Made by a program: the position numbers and the translations under genes. Positions 37,666-51,020 of a stretch of DNA of 64,000 nucleotides are shown here, piece by piece. The DNA comes from Lama glama (lineage: Eukaryota): contig CM052817.1 in the NCBI GenBank assembly GCA_028534125.1, positions 53,446,001 to 53,510,000 on the forward strand, read 5' to 3'. A model generated the notes under the pieces. That model was not told the DNA's origin. It ran no database searches and worked only from the letters and a program-made list of their open reading frames with translations. Each line of letters starts with the position of its first letter. Position 1 is the first letter of the stretch.

Positions 37666-38039
37666 ATCATACCTTAGGGGATTATATTTGCATTTCAAAT
37701 TGTGGTCATTTGGGATAGTGTGTTCTTCGCTTGCAAATAACTATTATTGTAGTCAGTGTGTGAAGGTTTAGAAAATATAAAAAGGCCTGTTAGGCTGACA
37801 GAGGGACAAAAGGGCTAATGTATTTATGACTTATATTTATTTCATTAGATATGCAAAACAAAATATGGTTTTAGGATGAGATTCTTATGACAAATTCTTT
37901 TGTACACTGACAAATCTTTGGTATAAAAAATGTCATATGAAGTGAGACTTGTTAAAAGTAAGCCAAAAAAAGTTATATCTAATAGACCTGTTCTGTTTCT
38001 ACAAGGCAAAAAATACCATCAAATTTGACTTTCTGAAGC

Positions 38040-38129
38040 GGGAGAGGGTGAGTTCACTGGTAGAGCACGTGCTTAATGTGCACAAGGTCCTGGGTTCAAT
38101 CCCCAATACCTCCATCTAAAAAAAATAAA
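38040..38129 (+). mobile_element. tRNA-Ala-derived SINE, short form (camelid vic-1-like)
   Basis: gggagagggtgagttcactggtagagcacgtgcttaatgtgcacaaggtcctgggttcaatccccaatacctccatc plus an A tail. Confidence 0.88.
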
Positions 38130-39489
38130 GAAGGAGGAGGGTGCTTTTCAGTGGTCTGTTGAATTTCTATAGGAACTCAGGTACAATTGAGTGTGACTCT
38201 TGTCTTCTGTAAGCCCAAACTCTTCCTTTACACAATTATTCCTCATTTCGTGAATCCAATATGTCTGTCCCTCAGCCTCATTTACCTTAAGCTTTGAAAC
38301 AAAAATAAATCTAACACCAACCAATACTTGTGGTTAATATCGTTGATAAAACCAAGTTATATAAAAATTCTGTCTTTCCCGAGCACATATACATTTTAAG
38401 TCTGTTAACCCTGATTTACAACAAAAGACTTTTAACTTTTCTTCTGGGAAAGAATTTTGTTTTACGTTATAAGGAAACAGGACATACTTCAGAGAGGAGA
38501 ATAAGCCATGTTATTCCTCCAGTTACTCATTTTAGAACAAGACAAGTGGATATGACCATGCAGAAACCCTGCCGTGAGGAATGACCCAGGCACTATCTAG
38601 ACCTCTATCTTCAGAGTGATGCATGGTGGTGGAACCCGTTCACTCCTGCATCTGGTGTCTACACCGCACAGCCCTGGCACCTGTCCCTTCCCTGCAGCTT
38701 TCCTTTCTAACTCTTTCTCTTAACCCAACCACACATCTTTAGGTAATAAGAAGCCCAGGTATACAGATTAAGTTCTTTGGTTCATTTGATAATTTTTTAA
38801 ATGGTATGACAATTTATAATATGTTATGATTGATTTCCATGTTTTCTATTTACAGTTGCTTATGAGGGTTATAGTGAATAAATATAGCAGCAGCCTAGAC
38901 AGGTACACAGTCTTTATCAATAGTGTCATTATTTCTGTCCCATCTACTAAGCAACGCTGCTTCTAAGAATAGTCATCCCAAAAATCAAATTACGACTTAT
39001 TTCCTGGATGTAGGTTTTAATATATGGCAAAAATAAGATTTCTATTTCATGCTGAAGTGTCACTTTGAACTTCATACTTAGAGATGAGTTATTAAAACAG
39101 ATCAAATTATTATCTTTCATAAATCATAACCAAAAAGTTATAACCAACCTCAAGGAGATTAGCCTGACATACATAAAACACAGAACTGTGGGCTAGATGT
39201 GACAGTCACATTGTACCCTATGAGGTCAGAGTGTAATTCCCCACAGTAATTATTTTCTCGTCCTATTCTGAGACAGGATAATTGATTTAATATTTCCAAT
39301 CAATACGCATTTGTTTCTGTTTTTTCTGATTGTGGATTTTTTTAAGAGAATTCAGATTGCTATTTAGCTCAATGGTGCAAATCTTTGCATATTAAATGAA
39401 AAGCAAAATACTTTGATAAATTAAAAGTGACAAAAGTTTAATTTTACCACTTAGAAACTTGGAAATAATTGTGAAGTATATTCCCAAAA

Positions 39490-40850
39490 ATATCTCTGTG
39501 TCCTTCCTTTCTAAAAGATGAAGCATCTTTGCTTCTTTATCTGATTCCAATTTCTCCCTCTTCAATACATGCCACCTCCTTAGGCCCTTGATCAAACAAG
39601 TCCATTTCTCAATTCATTATCTTTCTCCCCACCACCCTGCTACCTCCCAACATCTGTCAAACAGAATGCTAGGGTCTCTCTAGGTGCTAAGAAAACAGAC
39701 AATCTTACTGTTGCCTTAATGCCCTCCTTTCTTTATCAAGAATAAATATTAGTCCCAAGTTCATTATCTTCACTTCCTTGCCTTACATTTCCATCTCAAT
39801 CCTCAGAAATCTATATGGGTACGTTATCCTGGCATTGTTTCCCCTAAGATCATCAATTATTTCCAAATGGTCGAGTCCACTGAAGCTTTTCCTTGGTTGA
39901 CTTCTCTTTGACTGTAATACCAGGCATGGTCTTCTCCATTAATAACACTTCCTCTCTTCATGTCCATGAAAAGGCTTTTTTCACTTCTGCTACCTTTCGA
40001 TCATTTTCTGGTTCTCTACCAGTATCTTTTCCTCTAACTCTTCCATGGATTCACATCACCTGTATACAGGTGGTTCTCTTTCTTTTGAGCCCCAAACATT
40101 TGTTTCCACATTTATACTTACCTATCTACTTGGATAAAAAATAGACCACTCAGTCTCAGCATAGATAATCTCATCACATATACAAAACCAGTTCGTTTTC
40201 TTCAAATATTCTTTGTGAAATAAAAAAGCTGAGAATTATTCTCCAGTCCTCTCTCCCTCACCGTCAGTCAAAAAGCTCTCAACTAAATATTCTCAGTCTC
40301 TTTCCACACTGCTCTGTTATCACCACTCAATTTCAGTCCATCAAAATGTCTTGATTTACATTTCCTTCAGCCTCCAATATCACCTCTCCCTCCTTTCTTC
40401 ACTACCTGCAAATTCTTTATTCATTCCTAAACTTGATACTTATTTTAACACATCATTGTCTCCCCTGTTATCCTCATGGTAAAATAAAAATTGCTTAACA
40501 TGCCTGTGTCAATCCAACTCTCCTCTCACTTCCCAGTATGAAAGGTCATGTACCTTTTCCCAGATGAATGTCAGTTTCTCAGGGCTCTCTGCTTTTCTAC
40601 ATTTTCTGTTGGGACAACCTTCTTTCTCTGAATAATTATTCTTTATTACTTGGGCTCATAAAAAAAATACCATATGTAAAAACCTATCTCTGTACTCCTC
40701 CTTGTATAACACAACCAATATTACAGCACTCAGTATACAATGTTATATTTTTTGATATTCTTATTAATCTCCTTCATGGAAATTTTTGGGGACATGAAAT
40801 GTCTTATTCTTTGCGTCCACTATGCCTCATAGCTTTAGTTAATCTGAAAC
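39490..40850 (+). mobile_element. L2 ORF2 / 3' region, highly decayed
   Basis: Long pyrimidine-rich tract with L2 motifs (ttcccctaagatcatcaattatttcca, ccatggattcacatcacctgtatacaggtg, atctacttggat, cttcatggaaatt...catgtc). Confidence 0.6.
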
Positions 40851-41079
40851 ATTTATGGAGAAAGAAGCTTTTAGTCTGTAATAAAATCAGATAAATCACA
40901 AATCACAAATTAATGTATGAATAATAAAACCATAATGTCATTTATCATCCAATATATCAAAACTCAATTATTACTGTCAAATATTTACTCTTTGAAGAAG
41001 AAGTTTGAAACCTCACACATTTATGGGCAGGATATTTTTCAGCCTTTAAAGAGGGCATACTCTTTAGTAAGCTCCTTAG

Positions 41080-41300
41080 ATGAGGCCAAGGGCAACAACA
41101 GAAAAGGAAAGAATTCCCAGAAAGAAAAGCTAAGAGCCGTGGAAACAACGGACTGGAGAGCTGGAGCAGATGCAGAACTGTGTCCTAAACAAGGAATATT
41201 TCCTATCTCCAGGGTAGAGGCACAACATAGTATTTACTCCTTGGGATCTGGGAATTACTGCTGTAGGTCTCTCATTCTTCCACTTTTTGAATGGTAGTAT
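41080..41300 (+). mobile_element. Possible ERVL-MaLR internal-region 3' fragment
   Basis: gggatctgggaattactgctgtaggtctctcattcttccactttttgaatggtagt resembles MaLR internal ends. Confidence 0.35.
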
Positions 41301-41504
41301 CTTTTCAAAAAATACTAGATGCTGTAATATTTAGTGACTAAAGATTTTGCAATATGGTTTTAATTTATATTACAGATGTAATTATTAATACATAAATGTA
41401 GGTTTATATATTTAATCAAGATATGCCAGGAAAAGAAAGCCAAAATTCTAACTCTTCTTTCATATTTTCCAGCAAAATCAAAGAAAAAAAATATATAAAG
41501 ATTA

Positions 41505-41849
41505 CACCTGACTCACTGCATTTGTACCTTCAGCAGCCCTCTGCCTGAAATGTCCCTCTGATAAGTATTTACTTACTTACTCCCTTATTGCCTTTTAGTT
41601 TGTGCTCAAATGCCATATAATCAGAAAATTCTCAGCCCAATCACTTGTGTAGGTTAGCAAGACCCACCACTTTGTGTCTTATCATCCTGCTTTATGTTTG
41701 GAATGAAGCACTTATCACCACCTGATTTTGTGTTTACTTATTTTATATTCTTGCCTTCACTTTGTAGTATTCACTGCTATTTCCTCAGTGCCTAGAAGAG
41801 TGCTTGGCCCATAGTAGGAACTCGATGTGGAATAAATGATTGAATAAAT
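41505..41849 (+). mobile_element. L2a 3' end
   Basis: ccctctgcctgaaatgtcc...gctcaaatgcca...ttcactgctatttcctcagtgcctagaagagtgcttggcccatagtagg...tgaataaat. Confidence 0.8.
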
Positions 41850-42259
41850 CATAGAAAACTGATCTTTTAACAGAAAGATTTCCCCTCAAATTCCTTACAG
41901 AGAAGTTAGACTAATCCTTGAAAATATAGAAATCGAATCACTTAAGACTACACTTAGAACCCATTTAAACTACCTAAGATGCACATGATCTGATCAGACA
42001 TATGTGATCTGACCTCTGTCTGCAGCACCTCACACAGACACCAGGGGGTAGCTTGTGAATGTCAAAGTCGGGGCTTTAAGATCCCTGTAATCTCCATCTG
42101 ACTTTCCCAAGTTATCTCAAAGAAATCTGTAGTCAAAGTAAAAACAATGTCCTTGGAATGCTCATGACAACCTCCCAGTCTCTACTTCAAAACAGACTTA
42201 CTCCTCAGATTTCTTCTGTGTAGAAAATTTTTAAGCCCCATTCTTCACTATCTTTTAAC

Positions 42260-42670
42260 CTACTGGTCTTAATTTGATTTACTCAAACTTTCCAAACTTT
42301 TACAGACCTCAGGGCCTTTGCATTTTCTGAAACACTCTAATACCAGATTTTCACATAGCGTGCTTGTTGTTATTATTCGAATCTCAAATATTATTTTTTC
42401 ACAGAGGTCTCAGGTACATGTCACATCCTCTGGGTGGGTCTTCCGTAACGTATTCCACACACACACGTATACACCTCAGTCTCCAGCCCTCTTCTTCATC
42501 ATTGTACTTATCAAAACCTGAAACATATTTTTATTTATTTATTCTCTGCTTTCGCGTTGTTTTCTCTTCCAAAGCTGCACAAGGGCAGGGACTTTATCTA
42601 TTTTCTTCACCACTGGGCTTCCAGTGCCTGAAACAACATCTGACTCATGGAAGGCATTTTATAAGTACTA
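42260..42670 (+). mobile_element. L2a 3' end
   Basis: cctcagggcctttgca...gagg tctcag...aagggcagggactttatct...ccagtgcctgaaacaacatctgactcatggaaggca. Confidence 0.8.
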
Positions 42671-43294
42671 AAAAAAAAAAAGAACTTAAATTTGTCCTGA
42701 ATTTTCATACATTCAGACATTTCTCTCAACCTCCTAGGTGGACACCATTTACGTGTGTAAGACCTGTATTCCAGCCCCAGTGCTTTGTAAATTCTCTGGG
42801 ATTGTTTTGAGTTTGAGCTAATTTATGGTGACACTTTGACTTCTAAAGTTCTATAATTCTGTGGCAAGTGAAATATCAAATACCAGTCTCATTTTATATA
42901 CATATACATATATATATGTATTTATATTTGAAGTCTTAGCTCTGTTATAGTGTTTGTGTAGCTCAATTTTCTACAGACTTACTCTTTAAAGGAGAATTCA
43001 GAAATATCAATATATCTTATATAGCTATGGCTGGAAAAATTTGTTGTTGCTGAGCAAAGCATTTAAGCTCTACTGTTGTCAGCAAAATCCTAAGAGAAGG
43101 AAAACTGAGTCAATTGAATATTCTTGTAGCAACAGTAGCACAGAACAGATTAATCAATATTAAGTTACTTCTAGTTAAACTTTCCAAGTGCATGTAATCT
43201 GAAACTAGGCTTAGAAGTCTATACATATCAATTGTCTAGTTGAGCCAACCTCAGTGAAAGATAATGACCGCATTTCGAGAAAAATTGGGAAAGC

Positions 43295-43480
43295 AGGAAG
43301 TCAGACAAATCTGTTTTTAGTTTATGTTTTGGTCTCTTGGACAAATTACATAACCTCCTCAACTCTCACTTTTATCATATCAAAAAAGATAATATTTATG
43401 CTGTAAGGGTTAGTAATAATGGGTTTACTATGCATAGAATAGCATTTGCAGTTAACAGGTGCTAAATAAATTATCTACTG
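43295..43480 (+). mobile_element. MIR SINE
   Basis: gaagtcagacaaatctg...cttggacaaattacataacctc...ctgtaagggtt...aggtgctaaataaat. Confidence 0.65.
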
Positions 43481-46059
43481 TTAAGACAATGATTAATTGT
43501 GATAATGGGGAAATTCCATTTTTCTCTTTGTTCAATAATCAGGATTGCACTTTTAAAAATATAAATAATGATGAGAGTGGAAATATCTTTTGATGGAAAT
43601 AAAGTTTTGCAGAATTTTGCTTAAAATATAGTAAAATCTGGGTTATACTAATTGCTATTGATATATGCACATATTTGACTGGCACATGAGAATAAATCTC
43701 AAAGCTCATGTCATTAGTAATTGTCAATAAAGAGAATAGTTTTACAAAACAGTGAGATTTTCAGATAAAAAGTGGTCTAACAATGACAACATAATTCTAC
43801 TATTTACTGAGTTCCTGCAATTCCACCAAGAACTCTGCAAGAAAGGATTTGTCAGCTTGATTTAACAGATGAAGAACCTGAGGGTCTCATTTTATGACAT
43901 AACATATGCTTTCCAAACATAACCATAAAACTAATATAAAAGATAATCAAACTGAAATAGGTCACACAGATTTTTTCCTGATAAATACAAAAAGTGTACT
44001 ACTGATGCAGACCTATATATGTTCATTATAACCGTTGCACAGGTTCAATATGGTACCTGAAATGGTGTTATTTAGTGAATTTAGGTGATTTGTTTATAAT
44101 GTAACATTGTATTAAAAAGCAACATTTAATACATATGCTCTGCTGTTCTCTCTGCTGCTTTGGGTTACTTTCAACATGGCAGTCTGAGGGGTTCATTGGC
44201 TTCCTCCTTGATCCTAAGTGATTCTGTTCTAAATCTGATTACATCCCAGATGTTCTAACTACTCAAGGACAAGAAGAGATTAGATGCCAGCTTGATTTAG
44301 AAACACAAGGACCCCAAGGAACTAGCATAAACTCAAAGCACCTAGAATAGGGAGATTTGAAAGCTTATCGCATCTATGAAAAATATCTCAAGAAAATATA
44401 TGTGTCAGGAGTTAGGCAAAGAGAAAAACAGAAATTCTCATTCCTTCTTAGATTACAAGGTCTTCTAAATAGAGTATATTACACTTGTAAGAGATGAGCA
44501 TCCCTAAAATAAACAAATTAAGTAAAGTTAACTTGCAAACAAATGTAAGAGTGCAATATGTATACATATACTTGAGGAAACATTTTAGGCCCTAAAATAT
44601 AACATCACACCATCTTATTGATAAGCTTATGGTATTCACTGTAACTAAAGTTATTTTAGCCAAAAAATATTTTTACTAATCATAGCTTCATGCTTCTGAA
44701 ATCACAGATTTCTAAAAGTAAAATAACATGAACTATAGAGGATATCTCATATATTTCTACTTAAACTAAAATATACAGCAAATAGGTTCTCTGCTGGGGC
44801 ATTAATTGATATCTTTTTACTTAAATTCCATAAATAATGAAGCAGATGCAATATTCCTCAAGCCAGATACAAGCTTTCATAGGTTTTATCATTCCTATGA
44901 CATCACACATGGTCTGAACCATAAACAGAGGTGAACCAAATGTTTCCCATTTAAAGCTGGCCACGGCAAAGATTTCAGCTCCATCCATGTCATATAAACA
45001 TGCTACGGGCAAGAGCTCAACAAAAGCTTATAAAAGAGGCACCTGTGGTTTATAAATTAAGCCCATTTGCTGTAATTAACCAGCTTTATTTTTCATAAGT
45101 CAACTTTTTTCATTGTTTTTTAAACCATCCCTGTGGTGGTCATAAACACCATGCAGTTTTAATGGAGGAGGATTTGGTTTCTTAAAACCCCAGGAGACTT
45201 GAAATCAAATCAGTCAGGCCACTTCTAAAAGGAAAAAAAGAAATTGAGGGCTCTGGTTAACTTAGCTCCAGTTGTAGGCAATTCAATCCAAATAAAAATA
45301 GACTGGCATTAGTGCAGTTCTGTCTTGTACAGTCTCAGTAGATTTACCTTCCCCTTGGAGGTTAATCCCCAGCATGGTTTTCCTGGAGTCACAACTTACT
45401 TCTCTGCGTGGTTAACCCTTTAAAATTAAGTGTGCACCCAAAACAAAATATATTTTAAAATAAAATCAGGGAATTTCATAGAAAATATGTGGATATTAAA
45501 AAGTCATTTAAATATGTTTAACAATAGCCAATGCCATTTTAAATCAACATGGAACAATTGCAGGTTTAATATATATTTGAGGACGTTTTTAGAAGTATTT
45601 GAGCTTTCATTTTTTTTCCAGGTATACTTGGCAGCCCTAAAAATTCACCTAGAAATGCTGTGATTATTTATACAAACATATTTTACATATATTGCTTTGC
45701 TTGGCTCTAGTGGTAACAAAAATGCATGACTCTTTCATACTTCAGAATTAGATGCTCAGAAGTTTTTACACTGAGACATTTTTCTTGAACAAAAGGCATT
45801 CCCAGAAACCATGAATGCTTTTATAAAAAGTGTTTTCAATAACATAATTCCAAGGTCCTAATGAAAAAAAAAAAACTTGAGTAGGAAAAGCATTTCTACT
45901 ATTCTAGGAAACTAGGAAACACCCGTTTATAAGAAATAGCTGATACACATAAGAAAAGATGTAAGTAGTATACTTGATTCTGCCAAATCTCTTTTTCAGT
46001 GTCCTTGTACAATTGACTTTCAGTAACAGCACTATACTTCACAAAGTGACCAAGGAATA

Positions 46060-46950
46060 AAGATATATGCAAACTGTCCCAATAATAGTGTATTTAAGCA
46101 TAAAAATTATATCAAGAACTACAAAAATTATCAATTATTGATCAAAATAATTTCAAATCTAAGAATTGATTATAGGAGACTAAATAGAAACTTTGACACA
46201 GTATGTAAAGTACACAAAGAAATTCATTGTACGTAATCATAAAAGGAAAATATACATTCCAAGCTAAAAAAAAAAACGGACACACAAACCACAAACTTGA
46301 ATAGAGAACTCATTCAACTGAAAAATTTCCAAGGACGACTGAGCATGATTCGGTTTGTCTAATCCACCTGGAAAATAGTTCGGCATTTCTAATAAAGTGG
46401 AAAGCACGCATTCTCTGTGATACAGCAATTCTACCCATGTTATATACTCTAGAGAAATTCACAGTTATGTATAATAAATACGTATGTACAAGAATTACCA
46501 GAGGAGTGTGGTTTGTGACAGTAAAGTACTAAAAACAACCCACATGTTATCTACAATAGAGTGAATAAAACATTTGTAATCTAGTCACATGACATTACTG
46601 GGTACCTATAAAAATACTAACAAGCTTCATGCATACAATGGATTACATATTTAAGACATAGTTGGGTTTAAAAAGTGGGATATGAATGAACTATATTTAT
46701 GATTTCATTATGTAAAGATCCCAAAAAGCAAAGCTATACCATATGGATTAGGGAAATACATATAGGTGGTAAAGTGTATATAGCAGTAAGAGAATAAGCA
46801 TGTTAATAAAGACTTCTTGGAGTAGGGAAACAATTATGACTGGGAAGGAATATATAGTAGGCTTCTGAAGTGTGAATTTGTTCCATAATTATTTGTCTTA
46901 TAATTATTTATGTTATATTTCACCATATAAACATAATGCTTTTAAATGCA
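46060..46950 (+). mobile_element. L1ME-type ORF2 end / 3' UTR
   Basis: ggaaaatagttcggcattt...tgtgatacagcaattcta...tatactctagagaaattc...aaacaacccacatgtt...acatataggtggtaaa...ggcttctg. Confidence 0.7.
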
Positions 46951-47417
46951 GAATTTGGAACAATTCTTGAAGGAGAAAATAACTATGTTATAATTCTAGA
47001 ATAGCAGAATGCCCTTTGTATGCATGTGTCTGTGTGTGCATTCACATATATACTTAAATAATTAAATTTCAATAGATCTATATTTATGCACATGTTTTAA
47101 ACCTGGCTGTGTAATGGGCTTAAAATGTACTTATACTAAAATTTAAGTTATCAGAAATACTATAAATCTTTAGTAATGAATGTGATCTTCTTCCCAAGTT
47201 CCTATCCTTAAGGTAACAGGGAGAACTTTATTTACTTAACTCTGACTTAATCCTTAGTCAAACCAAGTATTTCTAATATGTAGTGAGTCTGTCTTTTGAG
47301 ATAAGGATCTCTTATTTCCTTTTCTCACCAAATTTCTGCTCCTATTCAAGATAATGTTTAGGATCAATGTGGGCAAAAAGCTCAGGGAACTTGTTGGATA
47401 CAAGAAGCAGGTTATTG

Positions 47418-47477
47418 CATCAGCAAGAGGGCCAGTGGCTGCTCTGACATCAGCAAGAGGGCCAGTGGCTGCTCTGA
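47418..47477. repeat. Perfect 30-bp tandem duplication
   Basis: catcagcaagagggccagtggctgctctga at 47418-47447 and 47448-47477. Confidence 0.97.
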
Positions 47478-47889
47478 GCTCTACAGCAACACCCCCTTGT
47501 CTGCCTGGCTCTTCCGGTTGCCATTTAAGGTTAAAGTCAGCAGACAACTCAACTCAACTCAAGATCCTTTCACCCTTTCAGTCCTCTCTCAGTAGCCCTT
47601 CCTATTGGCATGGCCTCCACATAACTCTCACTGGCTAAAATAATTTTTGAAGCTATATCACAATTTCCTTTCACCTTCTGACCCACCTGAAGCCTCCGCT
47701 ATAAGTCCAGTCCATCCCTACAATGGTCTGGCCCTGTTGGCACAGTGGAACTCAATTCAGCATGGTACCATATAGAAACCAAATGAATCTTACACATCAA
47801 ATACATTCCCTCTCCTTCTCTCTGCCTAAGCTCACAGGTCTGACCACCCCATTTTAGTTCAATTCCATTCTGGCCTCAACTTTGTATTA

Positions 47890-48885
47890 TAGTTGACTCT
47901 TGAACAATATGGGTTTCAGCCTCACAGATTCATTTACATGTGGGTTTTTTTAAATAAATGTATTGGAAATTTTTCTGAAAAGTTTTGACAATTTGCAAAA
48001 ACTCACAGATGAATTGTGCATAGCCTAGAAATAAAGAAAAAAATAAGAAAAATGTAGGTATGTCATGAATGCATAAAATGCATGTAGAACTAGTCTATCC
48101 TGTCATAGGCTTAAGGTGAGTGATATGTAATATTAAAATAATGTGTTAGTTTCTTACTGTTTTGAACTTTGCTTTCAAAGAAGTATATATCACTATACAG
48201 TATGTCTCTCTCTCTCTCTCTCTTTCATAATTGGAGAATCTGAGTATCAGCCTATCATCACAAGTACTTTTTTAATGTAGCAGTGTTTCCAATACTGTAC
48301 TATGAATATGACTAGAATAATGTATGCCATAAAAATTTTACAATGATTCATTCATTAGTCTATAGGCTGGGTTATCATGAAATAATTGTGTCGATTACAC
48401 TAAGTTACCATAAAGCAATCATATTGTTGCTTCTTCATTATTAATGCATGAATCATTATACCTGTAAATAAAATTGAATTTGTTCACATTATCTTTTCAT
48501 TTTTGATGTCAACTGTTAATAATATATCTAGCATCTACAGTGTTCTGTATCATGAGACAATGTTGATGCAGGTACTGACAGAGGATTCATCTGTAAACAG
48601 ACAACAGAAATCCACAGTATCAATAAGTACAGTACAGTACTGTAAAGTATTTTCTCCTTCCAATTTTCTTAGTAACATTTTCTTTTCTCTAGCTTATTTT
48701 ATTGTAATAATACAGTTTATAATACATTTAACAAAAAATATATGATAACCAACTATTCATGTTATCGATAGTGCTTCCAGTCAGCAGTAGGCAGTAGTTA
48801 AGTTTTGGAAAGTCAAACATAATATGTGGATTTTTGAATGTGTGGGGGTAGGCCCCTATCTCTGGCATTGTTCAAGGGTTGACTG
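47890..48885. mobile_element. TcMar-Tigger2-family non-autonomous element (about 1 kb)
   Basis: Imperfect TIRs tagttgactcttgaacaat...attgttcaagggttgactg, TA on both flanks; Tigger2-type subterminal sequence acagtacagtactgtaaa...agtagttaagttttgg. Confidence 0.88.
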
Positions 48886-51020
48886 TATTTTTAAATCAAT
48901 GCCTTCCCCTTCCCTCCTACTCTCTGGTCTGACCCATTTTGGGTTTAGCCCTTGGCTTGAACTGGGGACATGGAAATAAGGGGACACAATTATCCTTAGA
49001 TTCTAACCAATTCAGTTATTTTTCTCTTTTGCTTTCTTCCATGTCCTTTTCATGTTTCCACATTTCCTTGGTCACATTCCCAAATTTTCCCCAATTCTAA
49101 CATCTTAAGTCTTAATGGAAGACAGAGTATTTCCTCTCAATTATTAGAAACTCTACAGTCTGCCCCTTGATAGGTTAAACATGAGCTAAAATAAATTTAG
49201 AAAAAAATTGTTACTTTTTATGAAGACTGGCTTTGAAGACTTTCTGGAAAATCTTATTTTGAATGTCAAAAGTTTATTATCATTCTTCCTTTTTCTGTAT
49301 ATCTTCTGTAACAATCCATATAGTTCCCCCAAGTGAAATGTCTTGGGTCAAACTAAGAAGAAGATCTTGTGATAAGAAAATCATAAAAAAAAGTATCAAT
49401 TTTCTTTCCAATGTTATCTCACTACATATGCCTAATAAAGTCTTAAAATAAATATTGCCCAAAATGTTAGTATTTTCATAGTAAAGTCATAGATCTTTTT
49501 ATTGCCTTCTTCATAAAATTTTCCCCAAACATTTTAGAAGGGTGATGTATTATACTTATCACTAGATTAACAGTGTTAAAAAAACACTTTAAAAATCTAA
49601 AAACCCAAATCATAACTATTTAGTATCTGTGTGGGGTAAAGTGCTTGGTTTCTAATAGCCTGAACCATGGAGTCAAAACAAGGAAGCACTAGCTCCAGTT
49701 AGGGCGGGGAAAGTCTAAACAATTTGTCCTGACAATAGAACAATTAAACAGAATAATACGTTATTTATTTATACTTTTTTCTCCTTTAAACACTGAGATA
49801 ATCAATGGTCTAAGTTCTGGAATCAACATGATATAAAATACATTAAAACGTGACATTTTTTTCCAAAGAAATTAGATAAACATAACCTAAATCATTAGAA
49901 TTCAGCTCAACCTAAGAATCCCTATAACTGTTTTTACTTAAGGTCAAGCTTGTAGCACTTTAGATTCTATGGTCATCCCTCTTGACGTCAAGTCACGTTA
50001 GAAGTATGATCACCAAAAAAAAGACATTTCTATTCAACATAGCTTTAGTTATTTCAATGCAAAAACAATGACAAATATAAATAATCAACAAAAATCTTGA
50101 ATTTAAATTAAAGCAAGGAAAGAAAATATACCCTCTGCCCTAAGCTCAGTAAGTTTGCTTATTAGTTTCCTAAATTTCTGATAAAACTTTGTTTAGAATA
50201 GAACACTCCTTTTAGATAAAATTTGCATCTTTGAGGTTAAAAAGTAACTATTCAGAAATTGTTTTCATGTTCATAACTACAAACTAAACAGATTAATGAA
50301 TAAAAAGAAAAAAGATGGAGTATTTACATAAGTATTGTCTATAACTAAGCAGTTGTTAATCCTCACAAACAGATCCACATGAGGGCAGTAGACCACGGAA
50401 AAGACTGGAATATGAAAAGTAGCACAAAAACACATCAAAAGGAAAAGCATATTCAATTCTTGAATACTTTCCCTTGGCAAGAAAAATGGCCTCGTATTTT
50501 AGAAATCGCAACTAACGTGAGTTACCAGTATCTTTCTTGTGACAAATAAATCTTTTCTTTTTTTATTCCAACATACCAGCAGGAAAAAGCTGTTTTCTCT
50601 CTTCCCTCCCTATATAAATCCATAAAGGATCTAATCTCATAAAAGTCTCAAAGTAAGCAAAATTCTTGTCCCCCTGTTTTTCTTAAAGTATTGACTAGGA
50701 TAAAAATATCCTAGATAAATGAAAACTTCTGCTGTGGAGAGAGAGAAAATTGTGTAGAGTATCAATTTAATTTATCATTTTTAAAGCACTTGAAGGAACG
50801 ATAACTCTTTTAGTTAAAAAAATCTAGACAGAAAAAATAGAAGTGTAAAATTTTTAGTATCAGGCTCATGAGTAATATGAGGAAAGGATTTGGGGAGTAG
50901 TTGTATATATTCTCATTATTGTCAGGATTTGAAATTGGGAGTAAGGAAAAGTGATGGAAATTTTACAACTACTCACCCTTGTCTCCCCGATACTCCAAAT
51001 ATAATCTTTTACCCATCATC

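Noticed and set aside
37326..38129. Functional tRNA-Ala genes (also at 63797)
   Set aside because: Stems are disrupted, the copies carry poly-A tails and two have TSDs; they are SINE retrocopies
40568..42810. ORFs of 108-148 aa (40568, 40917, 42364)
   Set aside because: They overlap decayed L2 or MaLR-like sequence and show no protein-like features
31267..47477. CRISPR-like arrays from the short direct repeats at 31267 and 47418
   Set aside because: Only two units each, no spacer series, no cas genes, and the DNA is mammalian
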